From Callorhinchus milii (taxonomy: Eukaryota): a stretch of 64,000 nucleotides of DNA. The stretch's first letter is position 1. The number at the start of each line of letters is the position of its first letter. Under the pieces are notes generated by a model. The model was given only the letters and a program-made list of their open reading frames with translations. It was not told the origin of the DNA and made no database searches. The DNA lies in NCBI RefSeq assembly GCF_018977255.1, contig NW_024704743.1:90088001-90152000 (forward strand), given 5' to 3'. The position numbers and the translations under genes were made by a program. Below are positions 1 through 12,766 of this stretch, in pieces.

Positions 1-1464
1 GGGAGATAAATGACTGACATTTATTTGATAATTTATTACTTTCTCTCTGTGGCATTCTCATGCCATGCACCTTTCCCCATTGATATGATGGATTTTGAGA
101 GATATTTTCCCAGACAAAATCAATATATCTTGTACAGTCAGTCACAATGGCCTAGGCATTGGCTTCCCCTTTCTTGCTCTGGGAAGCTTCCTGAGCTTTG
201 CTTGGGACCTGCTCCAATTCTCTCCATGTGAGAATAATAATAAACCTTGCTTGGACACAAAGCTGCATTTCATCACACTGTGGCACTACAAATTAGAGAT
301 TGGAGGGAAGACAATGGGTTGGTTATGTTACTAAAATATTGGGAGTGTCAATGGGCAAAGCACCAGAAACTAAAGAAGGCACTTTAGTTTGCAATAGGTG
401 AGATGCAACTGGAGAAATTCAAAGAGTCTTAGAATAAGGGTGGAAAACAGAAATCAGCCGAGGCTTCATCTCAAGGGATGAAAAAGGGCAAAAAAGGGAA
501 TACTTGGGCCAGTAAAAAGAGTGTCTGCGAGGGGCCCATAGTAACTCCTTGCGCAGCAAATGCTTTTACAACACTAGTAGATTGGAAATGGGCAATTTAG
601 TCAAATGTTTTAAGAGGAGCAGTAAATCAACCAGCAGCACCTGTCTTGAGAATGCTGACTTTTGCCTAAACTAACAGTATTAATCAATTACTGTTTTGAA
701 TAATGGTTTGAGAAGGAACACCAAATCCACTATTTTGTGTGCACAGCACCTTCCCTGAACTGGAAAATGACATCTGAAATTGATTACAGAGCACAATTGA
801 TATTAGCACACCTTTCTGAATCCCTGCAAACAAACAATCATGGCAACAAAACTAAATTCAGTATCTTTCTGCATTAATGATGCTCTAATCTTAAAAAAAC
901 CCTGAATGATTGAGACATTATAATGAATGCTGAATTCAGTGGTAATCTCAAAATCAAGGCAACAAATGTGGGCATAGACTTTACATCAGTCTGGATTGCC
1001 ACAATTTAAATTTAAATCCTGTATATGATAAAGAGTCAAAGCCATACTTTTTTTATTTCTAAGCAGCTCATCCATTCTATTATTTTATATAAAGTTGCTT
1101 ACCAATAATTAATTGAGAACCAACTGTGACTGCATTTCGACTTCAAAATCATGTATGCTTAACAAGGCTCTTTCAAAACATTCACTCTGAGAATAATGTT
1201 CATCAAGAATTTGTCCTGTGACGGAGCAAATTTCTTTGTTTCTACTTTCTGGTGCTTCATATCACAAATTTATTCACACTTATTTTGAATCGTTCTATGA
1301 AAAATGATCCCTCAGAGGATGGAAGCATGAGCAATGACATCTGTAGGAGGCTACTGGTGTCAACATCTTTAACAGTAACCAAACTCATATTGCAGTGGTT
1401 ATTCATTTAAAGTATTGCAACTAGCTTTCCTCAAAGCAACAAAGAAATAATAATTTCTAATTAC

Positions 1465-1575
1465 CTCTCCCTTTCTGGAGAGTAATGGTCATCCGTCATT
1501 CTGTGTCTCTCCATTCGGCTCATGGTATTGTACTGTATGGAAGTGCGACTGCCTCGAGGACCAGGTTCTGAACTT
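1465..1575 (-). CDS. RIMS2: RIMS2 exon (111 nt): (R)SSEPGPRGSRTSIQYNTMSRMERHRMTDDHYSPERE(R/S)
   Basis: gttttgtag|AAG ... GAG|gtaatt; phase 2 to 2; resembles RIM2 ...YNTISRMDRHRVMDDHYSPDRD. Confidence 0.93.
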
Positions 1576-2734
1576 CTACAAAACACAAATCAATACAGTA
1601 GCAATACTAAGAGTGGGCTAATAAACTGGAGTGCAATTTGCAATATTTTGCAAGAACTTTCTTGATAAGAAGCAAGTATTTCCAAAACACCCAGCTGCAT
1701 TCTTCAGCATATTCGACATTTTAGAAGCTTGACCATTACACATATTCTGGTAATAAATACCGCAAATTACACCTCATTACCAAACAAATCCAAAGAATTT
1801 AACATATAATGAGGTGTGAAATTATCCTCTCCAATATGCCTGAATCCTAAATTAATCACTGATGTGAGCTTTGTAGTATTAGAAGAGTGCATACCTCCTC
1901 TCTTTAAACTACATGTTGTTATTACCTCAGGCACATTGGCTAATAATTTCACAAGCATCAGTTTACTGCTTATTTTCAATGCCATTTGTAATGATACAAC
2001 AGAGCAAACCCAGTATTGGGGAGGAACTGAAAATAATCTGAGCACAAAATAAACACATACCTTCTAAACTAATTACGCAATATGATTAGGCTCTTATAAT
2101 TTAATAAACGTTAGGACAACTTGAATCTGATTTCTTTCTCACTCTTGAATTTCTCAGATCCTCTCCTGAAGGCACTGACATGTGAAGGAGTAGGGTTCTG
2201 TGTCACCAGCTAATTTCAGTCAAGTAGCCATCTTCAGTTTGAGCACTGTGTAAATAGGCTACAAAAATACTCTCAGATATGACTTGCTCAAGGAAGGGAG
2301 CATTCTGCACACGAGCAACTAAGCTCTGAGCACAGAGCTCCATTAAACAACATTCAACATGGTTAAAGATAGTAAAGTTTGGCCACTCTCTAATGACTAT
2401 CCTAAAGATGATGAAATAGGTGCCTCCAAAATGTTTAAGTGTTTCAATTTAAAGCTTGTCTGCAATAAAATAGTTATAGCTATACTTTATCCTTGCACAT
2501 TATCTCTATTCTGAAGGTGATTATAATAGATAAAGATCTTTTGTTGCTGTTGGCTGATGAAGGTGACAGGTGCAATGAGTTTTGGGCTCGTTCCAAGTGC
2601 TACTGGTCCATTAAAACCACATGCTCTGTGCTGGGCAAAGAGCCCATAGAACAGTAGAGATGTGCTGGTGTGCAATGACTCGACTCGCAACACATATGTT
2701 GCCAGGATGTAAGCCTGACTTCTATGTGTATCAC

Positions 2735-3260
2735 CAGATCACAAGATTGGTCTGGGTAAAGAAGGCCCTTCAGTCCATCCGATATCATCCTCCAGAACAC
2801 CTACCCCCATCGCTGCTCAAGTTGCTTTTTAAATAAGTCCTGGCTTCTAACAACTTTCTTTGCAATGTGTTCCAGTTTTTCATTACCCTCTGTGTAAACA
2901 CAAACTTCTTGGTGTCTGTCCTGAAATGCCCTTTACAACTCTAAACCTAAGTCCTTTTGTCCTACTGTCTTGATACATCCTGAAGTATTGATCTGTGTTT
3001 ACTTTTTCAATGTCAGTTAACATTTCATATACATCTATAAGGTCCCTCTGAATCATCTTCGTTCAAGACTGAAGAGCCCTAGCTTGTCTCGTGTTGCTCA
3101 TAGCTCATTCCTCTAACTCTGGGAATGATCTTCATTGCTCTCCTCCGCACCGCCTCTAGGGCTTAGGCAGCCCTCTTTCGTCGCAGTAACCAGAACTGTA
3201 TGCAGTATTGTGCATTACTGGAGATTGTACAGCCAGAGTATGACATCAGAGGTTTCATAG
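2735..3260 (-). mobile_element. Decayed CR1-clade LINE 3' fragment
   Basis: The reverse complement carries CR1 ORF2-end motifs (caatactgcatacagttctgg, ctagaggcggtgcggaggagagcaatgaag, gggctcttcagtcttga) and a CR1-like 3' UTR. It ends about 30 nt from the donor at 3291. Confidence 0.75.
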
Positions 3261-3290
3261 AAATGCATAGATCAGTGTTTATAATCATAC

Positions 3291-3441
3291 CTTTGAGGAG
3301 GAGGGACACTGGGGGACCGGGAACGGTTCCTTCCCATGCTGCTACCTCGATGCAATGGCTGTGAACAATGGTTTGATGACATGACCTGCTCTGGAACAGA
3401 TAACGTTGAACTCTGGATGTCTCTCCCATTGTGCCTATAAT
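3291..3441 (-). CDS. RIMS2: RIMS2 exon (151 nt): (D)YRHNGRDIQSSTLSVPEQVMSSNHCSQPLHRGSSMGRNRSRSPSVPPPQ(R)
   Basis: ctgacttcag|AT ... AAG|gtatga; phase 1 to 2; in ORF 3272..3508. Confidence 0.95.
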
Positions 3442-3715
3442 CTGAAGTCAGAAATACAATACGAAAAAAATACAAAATTAATACACAATAAAAACAAAAT
3501 GTACACAAAAGAGGTTTTAGACTTGGTTCTTATAAAATATCAAAACGCCTCGTCAGTTCTATAGTTGATACAACTCAGGATTTCACTTCAAACATATTCT
3601 ATGTTACCATGCTTTTGCAGTATGTGTGTGCCCGATGATGATAATGATGATAACCCAGTAAGTGTGTGTCAGATCTGAAAATTCTTAAATTGGGCCTGGA
3701 AAGAGCATGCTTTAC

Positions 3716-4060
3716 ATAATAATAATCCTTGCATTTGATATAGCGACTTATCACATCCTCGAGATGTCTCAAAGCACTTCACAGAATGTACCACAAAATG
3801 AATTGCCTGTATATTTTGTGGGGTCACAGCAGTGACCCCAAACAGTCGTGGATTGAGTGACCAGATAATTATTTCTTAATTTTTCTTTTTTTTAAAAAGG
3901 GATTATTATTCCCGGAAAGCGATCGGCTAATCAACTAACAACCAGGTTCCTACTTACTGCTAGGTAAATTTGCCTAACGTTTTGTTTTGCCCTGCCTGGG
4001 AGTCAAACCCAGGTCATCTTGCTTGCGAGACAAGTGGTCTACACTGAGCTACAGGACTCC
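3716..4060 (-). mobile_element. tRNA-derived SINE, long-body variant, (ATT)n tail
   Basis: Head GGAGTCCTGTAGCTCAGTG..., tail ...tatatcaaatgcaaggattattatta. An extra internal segment (agtaggaacc...gttgttagt) is shared with the 12410 copy. Confidence 0.88.
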
Positions 4061-4371
4061 ACAGGGTATTCAAGCATCTTCACCAGGTACTAAAAATAAC
4101 TATGAAACTAAAAAGTTGAAGTTAACAAACGTTCCAGCAGCTACAATTCAAACCAAAACATGTTTTAAAAAAATAACACAAGACACTGCTGAACAGGTTG
4201 GTGGGAGAAACCACCACCAGAAGACGGAGGGGTATTTAGCTTCCACCAATCATCAAGTACTAGGTACAAAATCACAAAATTTGTCTCTTGTTACAGTCAT
4301 CACCAGTATTAATTATTATCATCACATATTGCAAACTTAACTCCTATGATTCAACAGCACAAATTTCAAAG

Positions 4372-4585
4372 AAATAAGAACCTAAGAAATGCTAGACGAA
4401 AAAAGACCAAAGTCCATCTAGTTCGCCTTCCTGACAGTCGCATGCACATGTGTCCCAAACTACCTATGTACTATATCCCATAATGTTATTTCCTAAAAGA
4501 AAACCATCTAATCTGTGATTGAAAGAATCAACACTTCCTGCTTCAAGGGAGACCTAGGGAGCCTGTTCCACAGGTTCACTATTCA
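4372..4585 (-). mobile_element. CR1 3' tail fragment
   Basis: Element strand ends ...ttcttaggttcttatt with CR1-like gatggactttggtc and gtggaacaggctccc. Confidence 0.55.
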
Positions 4586-5381
4586 AAATGATTATAATCT
4601 ATAGAATAATAATAATAGTCTTCCACGTGGGGAGAACATCTGAAAGTACTTCACAGAATTCACTGTGTAGTGCAGTAAAGTGTCGTGGCTCTGTATTTTG
4701 CAGGCAAACATGATAGCCAATTTTCTATAGCAATGTAATGGCTAAAATCAGCTATGAAGTGAATGGACAATTCTCTGTGAAGGATTTTTGGCCAGGACAC
4801 CGAGATAAACTCCCTATATATGGCAGCTCCTCATGCTTGTGGACACCTCAGTAATGAGGGCAATATGTTACCAGGATATCTTTCCGGTTATTTGAAACTG
4901 ACAGTGACCAAAATCTTAAACTCACTAATGAGGGGCACCTCACTGAAATGGCGAAATAGCCAACCTACTAACTACCTTAACAGAGTTTTTATGATACATG
5001 CAAAGTCATGTGGATCAACAGAGTAAAATATCTGCCATTTGATGGTGATAATTATCATTGGCAATAATTATTTAATGGAATGTTGTATTCTTCACTCCAA
5101 TAAATCCTGTGAATTGATTTGAGACTTCATGGAAATGTGATAAAGCATTATATCAAATGGAAGGAAAATTATTATTACATATTTGGCTAATAGCTTTTCA
5201 TTGGTTCTGGATTTGGGTCCCACAGAACTCAACTCAGATGTTAATCATGAGGATAATATTTCAGAGTTTCACAGTGGCATGGTTGAACACCAAGCAAGGG
5301 AGCATGAGGTAGGTGACCATGGGTATGGTCAAAGAGGCAGGTTTAAATAAAAGCATGTTTGCTGTGTGAAGCTCTTCTTAC

Positions 5382-5453
5382 CTGAAGGAACAACCCCAAC
5401 ACCATCATCACAGTCGTAGTCAGACACTTCACTGTCACTGATGCGTTGTGATC
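5382..5453 (-). CDS. RIMS2: RIMS2 exon (72 nt): (R)SQRISDSEVSDYDCDDGVGVVPS(D)
   Basis: ttgacttcag|GA ... CAG|gtaaga; phase 1 to 1. Confidence 0.95.
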
Positions 5454-7921
5454 CTGAAGTCAAAAGATACAGATTTTTAAGTATGTTTTGCTCATTTTCC
5501 AGATTGGAATCTTGTAGCCATTAAATACATTTCTTTCCACTTCACAACATGCACACACGTAAAAGAATTATAAATGACTTTACAGAAAAACAAGATATTT
5601 ATTAGACCAGAAAGCAGGTTTATAAGCTCTATTAGCTACTGTTTTCTATGTACATGTATTTACAATATCAAAGGAAAGCAGAAGCAATCTAATTCTCATC
5701 TACTGTATATCTATAGCATGCTTATCTCCCCTATGCTCACTGCAGTCAATTTCTGGATTCAATTCTGTAGAGGGATTGATTGCCCTTTTTAATTATGTCC
5801 CAATTGCTCTAAGCCTAGTATTGTCTTATTTATTTTTAAGTTTTCGCGATGGAAATGTTTGCAGAGTCAGGGGGGAAATATTGTGACTGGCTTAATACAG
5901 ATTTGTAGGCTTTTTATTGGAAACGACTACTGTTACATTTTCTGTTATATATGCCGTGTGTTGTCTTCCCAAATCATGAGCAAAGCAGAAGTGTTTTAAT
6001 CTCTTCCAGGGATTTGATGGATTGGCAATTGAAAGCACAGTACTAGACTGGGGGATATTGGGGTCTTTGCTGCAGTGTCTGCAGGTACTCAACACATCCT
6101 TCAGTTCATCAGTTCCCCTTGTTTACATTTTTGCATAAGATCCCATTTCATCTCACTTCTGCCAAGATGCCAGATCTGCATCCCACTAAATCCCACTTGA
6201 ACCTAACTAATTCTGTGCTAGTGCTAAGACTCAATAAATGCAAAGAAAATGTTAGCATGGAAGGAAGCCAATTATCCCATGATGTTTAAACTTGTTTAAA
6301 TCACCTGTTTTAATGAAACCGACCATCCAACATTGCTTAATATTTTTACTTCCCAGGTATTTAGCTATACCCATTTGAGTGATTCTATTCTGTTCTATAA
6401 GATGATAGCTCATCCAGAGGCCAAGTATGAAGTTGCTACTTCCATGAAATCATTTATTGAAAATAATGAAATCACATACATTACAATACTCTGTATGTAT
6501 CGTGTAATAAAAAACATATTATTGTTTAGTGGCATATTAGAAAGTGACAGAAACTGGTCCTACAATGTGAGATTGGCTATTCTAATATCACGGTGCTGGA
6601 CAAGGGGAATTTTTTATATGAAAGAGGAGCTCCCTCAAGGATGTCCCAATTCTATTTAAAAGGTCTTTACAAGGTAACAATATAACAATCTCACTCAACT
6701 ATAAACAATATGTGTTTTTAAACTGGACTAAACTGGATAGAAGGAAAGTTACATTGTAAATAGATTATGTATATGGTTTTAACTTTTATAGAAATGTAGC
6801 CTAATTTAGTTAAACAAAATAGGTTTACTTTATTTAAATTTAGAGAAAAATAGGATGGAAACAAATAGCTTTTTATTTAAATTTATTGTAGAAAAATGTA
6901 ACTTACTGATTCAACTAAGAAATGGATACTATTCCCCCACCTAATAAAATAGTTGAATGACAGTGTTTATTTTGCACCAATTTTTTTCCTAAGCTAAAAA
7001 TACTATAACAACTATTCAACTTCAGGGTGTCCGTTATAGAGTCTGTGACAGATATAGGTTACCACTACACTTAATTATTTTAAAAAAAACACTCTGCAAA
7101 TGTTGCATTTCCAATGCTCTTCTTTCCTGAAGGTGTCCTTGTCCTTTTTTGGGAATGTCAGATTGTTAGATCTGTATGAGATATGCAAATTGGAAATTCA
7201 TGAATCCAGCAAAGTCTAGAATTAGTGTGGGTCATGGCTGCATCTTGTGCAACATAAGCTACTGTAGAACAGCAATGACTAGTGAGTTATTATTAGCAAG
7301 AATAACCTTGTTAGCAGCTGGAGTCCTGCAAGGGAATAACCTGCAATTCCAATTCCATCCCATCCCTTTGAAAAAGACTGCAACTTGCAGTAATATAACA
7401 AGCACATTTTCTATATACATAAGTCTACTTTAGGTCTCAATGAAATCTAAAAAATTGTTTTGCAAATGAAGACACAGGACGCACTAGTGATTTCTATGCA
7501 AGGCTCTCCAGCCAGTTGCACATTTTGTTTGTTTGCTTACTTGTAAAGCATAAAAAGACAAGTGCTGAATCTGTTAGAGTAATACTGTGAAAGGCTAATA
7601 GAGTCATTATACAGTTTCAAGCCCTGTTCCAAAATCTGTGAAAAAGATCACTATCAAGCACAGGAATATAATCAAGGAGTGATTGATGAAACAATCATTT
7701 TGAAGTAATGTTAAGGGAGACAGGGAAAAAAAGGCATTCAGGAGAGAGATGAGATGAAGCTTGTGTAATAGGATGTGAAGTTGATCATGTATGTACCTCA
7801 GCATCTCTCTACATGCACAGCCAGAACACTCTGCAACAATCACGTTCTGATGCTCATTTCTAACACACCAACACGTGTTATTTTCTCTCTCTAAAACCAC
7901 GGAGGAATTCTAAGCATTTAC

Positions 7922-7948
7922 CTGAGTATAACGAATATGGTACTGTAT
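7922..7948 (-). CDS. RIMS2: Putative RIMS2 microexon (27 nt, phase 1 to 1): (N)TVPYSLYS(G)
   Basis: tttattttccag|ATACAGTACCATATTCGTTATACTCAG|gtaaat; length is a multiple of 3, phase matches both neighbours, no stop codon. Confidence 0.65.
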
Positions 7949-8337
7949 CTGGAAAATAAATATCAGAATGGAACAACACTGATGAAAATAAGCAAATAAT
8001 GGAAATGAACAGTAAATATGCCTAGTTTGTTAACAGATATAACCAATGCTGGATTCACACAAGCTGGTTATTTCTGAGTAGATAATTACCATCAAGTAAT
8101 CATTTAGCTACCAGAGCAGGCATTAAAGCAAAATTAAAACTTATATTGTTAAAACTAGTTGAGCTAATCAAAAAACACAAGATCTCGAACTGCCCCTGTT
8201 GACTTGTGCTCATCTCTGTCCTATCTACTAACTGTTTTATTGGTCACTCTGTTGTTTTATGTGGAAATACAGGCTTTCCAGTTGTTGAAATCATTTAGCT
8301 GAATCATGTACTTTAAAGGAAATATTGCTGTAGCAGC

Positions 8338-8725
8338 ATACAATACAAAGTTACATTTGTATAGTGCCTTTCACATCAAGAGGACGTCCCAATGTGCTGG
8401 ACAGTCATCAATTTGGACCCCGGGGGGGGGGGGGGGGGGGGAGTGGGGGGGACATGCCTTGAAGAAGGCAAGGGTGGGAGCGAGGCGAAGAGAATGTGGA
8501 ATGGAGTTCCAAAGGGTAGGGGCAGAGGCAAAAGGCCCGACTGGTGATGGTGGGGTGGACGGGCGTGGGATGTAGAGCAGGCCAGAGCCTGCTGAGCAGA
8601 GAAAGCAGACTGGGTTGATATGGGGTTAGCAGATCACAAAGGTAGGAGGGGCAGGCAATAGAGAGCCTTGAAGGTGAGGATGAGGATTTTGAACTCTCTC
8701 CTCTTTGGGATGGGGAGCTAGTGGA
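8338..8725 (-). mobile_element. L2 LINE 3' fragment containing a poly-G run
   Basis: Shares atggagttcca..gggt and gaggacgtccca motifs with the other L2 copies; (TATTG)-type tail. Confidence 0.85.
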
Positions 8726-9479
8726 ATGGATAAACCTGGGATATAAATAATGCAGAATAAATTTTCTTTTTTTTTGAAAATTCACACTTTCAGGGCAGCT
8801 TGAACAATATTTTTTGTGAAATTTATAGGCTTTTTGCATATTTTCCTTTCACCTTTTCAGACCGCTGATTATTTATTTAAAAAATTAAAATGGCAGTGGA
8901 ATATTCAATGTTAGTATATAAACAAGGAGTAGTCTCAGTCACTATGCTTTTAACTGTAAAATAGTCTCAGCCCTACAGTGTGACTCTTACAAAACAGAGT
9001 GACTATTTTGATCTGAATATCTTCTTTTATGTGCAATAAAGGTAGGAGGGGTAGACGTAGGAAAATGAAATCATCACTAAGAATAGTTTTGCCCCAGTTC
9101 ACGGACTTTAGTTCAGTGCTGTCCATACCACAGGCCAACACTGGCAGGGAGGATAAGGATGAGGACAACGGTGGAAGACTTGCTTGTACCAATCCACTCC
9201 GAACTGGCTGTGAGAAGGATGCAAGTGTTACCCACCTTCACTGAACCACTAGCCTGCACAAGGAATGTGACAGATATTGGGAAATGGGAGCTTATGATTG
9301 CATTCTATATTCATGCAAAGCAAATATCCTCTGTAGCAATCTAACGCAAATTTCATTAATATCCATTATGTCACGCTCCCAGCCCATTTTTTTAAAAAGA
9401 TAGCTGATTTCTCTGCCCCTGCTCTCTTATCCTGTGGGAGCCTGCTGTTTTTCAGTTTCTCTCCCATATTTGGCACTGT

Positions 9480-9750
9480 CTAGACCATGAGCATCAGTGG
9501 TTAGTGTGACCGTGAAGATAATCACAATCTAGCTCAGTTCTGTCCTCACCCATTAGTGATAAACACTCTAAATGGGTTCACTGATTAGAGATTAAAAACA
9601 GGATTCTTATCTGATTTTTACTGATCCTCGCCTAGGGACAGAAAACTGAGGCCAATTGTAGTTCTTCAGCCAGTGTCTTGGCTGACCACAGCCAGTTCAA
9701 CACAAATTAGGCATCAAATCTGTGGCCTTCCTGGTTTATAGTATGTCGGT
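9480..9750 (-). mobile_element. Ancient, heavily diverged SINE-like repeat (related pieces near 2150-2260, 10680-10810 and 20480-20600)
   Basis: Motifs such as ctgaggccaattgtag and ccttcctggt resemble an old chondrichthyan tRNA-SINE that I recall from memory; the match is weak. Confidence 0.4.
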
Positions 9751-11037
9751 ACAAACTTAGCCTCCAACCACTTATTAACGGCCCATTTAACTGCATGCAC
9801 CCTGTGTTTCTCTTCGTATCCCAACACAATATCAGGAGTAGTGAAGTGGAAGTGCCGCAATTGACGAAAATCCAAATTAGGATTTCACGATTCTGCCAAT
9901 TGCATGGAATTGAACAAAATAACTTGTAATGTCATGCCATGGTTCTAATCTCTATGGGTAATGATGCTTTGCCTCACACCGAGAGCAACAAGATACTCTT
10001 TATGCTTCAGCTGAACATTAGAGCTCTGCAAAAAAAATCAGCAATATGCTGTAAAGTAATAACATCAACCATCCAGATCAGAACAAAGTAACAATTCATC
10101 TTGACATGTTAATCCATTCACCATCATAAAATTCATTTGAACAATATTCCTCTAGGTAACTATTATCACTGTGTAACATCAGAAATTATGACATGGCCTT
10201 GAAGCATTGATTCTTTCCAGCACATGCACAATGAGAGGACATAAATTGAACATTATCGCCAAAATTAAAAGGGTGAGGCTAGAAGCTTTTTTGTTATAAA
10301 CGAACAAAGGAATATTATCATGTGGATTCTTTTACACAAATGGCTGATGAAACTGAGTCCTAAATAGCATTTAAAAAGTAATTGGATAAATATTTAAATG
10401 TTTCAGGAAACACTAGTGAGAGTGGGATAAGAGAACATGGCTCCAGTGGGGGAGCAAGTGCTCGCACAGACATGGTGGGCTAAATCGTCACCTTCCATGC
10501 CACAAGCGTTTTAGGATTCTATTCTACAAATTATGTTGAAAACATAATTTACCAAATGATCAACTTAAGGTGTGAGGATTGTTTTAATCCTCATTCTCCA
10601 AAGTGATGGGGGGGGGGGGTTCTTTGATGCTTCGCAAAAAAAAGAAAATCCTTGCCACTTTTCCGTCCTATGCCTCCATGAGTCCAGTTCATCCTTTGGC
10701 ACCTTGTTCAAGTTGCCATTACGCATGTACAAGACCAGACAGTGAATGTTGGCAGGATATTCGGCTATAGGAGATTCACAGTCGAGAACAGCATCCACAT
10801 TTGTGTACCTCTAGCTAGGTCACTATTACATTTGAAAGCACCTAACTGTCTCCCTACTTCCCTTTGGAACCTTCCTGCTCAATTCACTGGATAAGCTAGA
10901 GCTCCAGACCCTTAATCTTTAATGTTTAAGCATTAGACATTACTCTAGAACTTGTCTAGAATTCAGACAAAGTAAGTTGTGTTCATACTCGCCATCTTTA
11001 GGGGGAAAAAAAATGAATGCATGAACTGTGGACATAC

Positions 11038-11191
11038 TTTGTAACCTCCGAGTTGGACTTTCACCGTGCAGGTGTCTACGTGGGGTATACGGTGAAGGTT
11101 GAGGAAGTGGCATTGATGAAACGTCATGTGTTTGTAGTTTGTACCAGTGTGGTTCATCATCCAGCAGAGCAGTTTCCAATTCTATAAGAAT
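11038..11191 (-). CDS. RIMS2: RIMS2 exon, C2A end (154 nt): ILIELETALLDDEPHWYKLQTHDVSSMPLPQPSPYTPRRHLHGESPTRRLQ(R)
   Basis: ccgttacag|ATT ... AAA|gtatgt; phase 0 to 1; in ORF 10940..11383. Confidence 0.96.
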
Positions 11192-11424
11192 CTGTAACGG
11201 GAAGATAGGTGATAGACAGAGATGTATGACACTAGCATTGAATAGAAATAAATCTAGAAAATTTACAGATCGATGCAATATTTCAAATGCGCAACAATTA
11301 TCCTTTTTAGCATCTTTGACAGATAAAAGCATTTCTACCTCAGATGAAGAAGATATCTGCACTTTGACACATCTCGAAGACATGAACTATTGCTTGGTTA
11401 TAATAAGCCTTAACTATAGTCCTT

Positions 11425-11770
11425 TCATTTGATAGCGCCTTAGCACATTGTCAAGACGTCTCAAAACATTTCACAGGACTTTAATGTGAAGTATAATGTG
11501 TATTTTGTAAGCCAGTATGGCAGTCAATTTACTCAGAGCAATGTCCCACAAACAGTCAATGAAGTGAATGACCAATTTTATTTGGCAGAATATTGGCAGG
11601 TCACCAGGATCTTAAACGTCTATCTGAACAGGCAGATGCAATCTTGATTAATGTCCCATCGATGCATGGTACCTCCAACAGTTAAGCACACCCTCAGCAC
11701 TGCAAGGGAATCAATGCCAGCCTAGACTATGAGTTTAAAGTCCCGACAAGGTACTTGAGTCCACAACCTT
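11425..11770 (-). mobile_element. Old Deu-domain SINE (SacSINE1/AmnSINE1-like), diverged
   Basis: Shared SINE tail plus Deu-type segments (ctcagcactgca, cagcctagactatg, cttgagtccacaacctt). Confidence 0.7.
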
Positions 11771-12409
11771 ATAATTGAACACTAATTTGAGTAAACTTTG
11801 TGTTCCACATTTTAATGAGAAATTCCACTATAAGCGCATAATGAAGGTTTGTTTTAGTGAACACCATCTGTTTTATAGCACATTGTTAAAAGGAATTTAC
11901 AGTCACTTCAACATCAAACCAATGTTATTTGCAGTTAAAACAAGCACATCTTTATCTGATGCCTAATTACCCTTTTGTGCGGTACAAACAGAACGTAAAA
12001 GGTTTGAAATGTTCCATGATCGTAGCCTTAAGACAAATAACTTGCAATTTAAGATTGTTCAGAATTTTTAAAAATTCTTAAATTTAATTTGAAAGCCGAT
12101 TTTCTGCAGTCCTTAAAAAGAACCTGCTTCCAAACACTTTAGTATGAATTCGCTTTGAGGCACTTTGATAATGTTAAAAGGCACTTAATCAAACACGCAG
12201 ATTGTTATTATTACTATTTTAATTTATGAATTTTTCAACGTACTGCACAATCTTTTTAAGACAAAGAGATCTTAAGGCTAAGACCATGAAAGATTTAGGC
12301 TTCTGATGAGGAGTAGCGAGATGCAATCTGCATCTCTCAAGTGGCTTGGCAGTAAGTAAGCAAGCAAGTATACGTACGTACGTAAGTACGTAAGTAAGTG
12401 TGACTTGTA

Positions 12410-12766
12410 TGAGCACTCATCTCGCAAGCAAGAGGATCTGGGTTTGATTCCCGGGCACGTTGAAATGTTGGGCAGGTTTCCTTACTCCATACGTCTGTTT
12501 GCCTAACAGCAAGTAGGAACCCGGTTGTTAGTCGACTGACGGATCGCTTTTCTGGGATAATAATCCCTTCAAAAATAAATAAATAATAATAATTTGGTCA
12601 CTCAATCCACAAATGTTTGTGGGACACTGCTGTGAGCAATCGGCTGCCACATTTTGCTATACAAAATATACAATCAATTCACTTTTCAGTATGTCCTGTG
12701 AAGCGCTTTGACACATCTCAAAGACATGATAAGGAGCTATATCAAATAAAAGTATTATTATTATTT
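12410..12766 (+). mobile_element. tRNA-derived SINE, long-body variant, 5'-clipped; preceded by an (AAGT/ACGT)n microsatellite at about 12350-12400
   Basis: gagcactcatctcgcaagcaagag...gggtttgattccc (B box), with the family body and an (ATT)n tail. Confidence 0.85.

Noticed and set aside
750..773. Possible 24-nt phase-2 exon (R)CHFPVQG on the minus strand
   Set aside because: The frame fits, but the pyrimidine tract is poor, the donor (gtgctg) is weak and similarity to RIM2 is not convincing.
7797..7808. Possible 12-nt microexon tag|AGAGATGCTGAG|gtacat
   Set aside because: In the required phase it contains an in-frame TGA.
8950..9253. ORFs and a good-looking minus-strand acceptor near 9253
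   Set aside because: Phase-1 reading hits TAG at once and there is no RIM similarity.
12295..12350. CTGATGA suggesting a hammerhead ribozyme or C/D box
   Set aside because: No stem II followed by GAAA, and no terminal stem or box arrangement.
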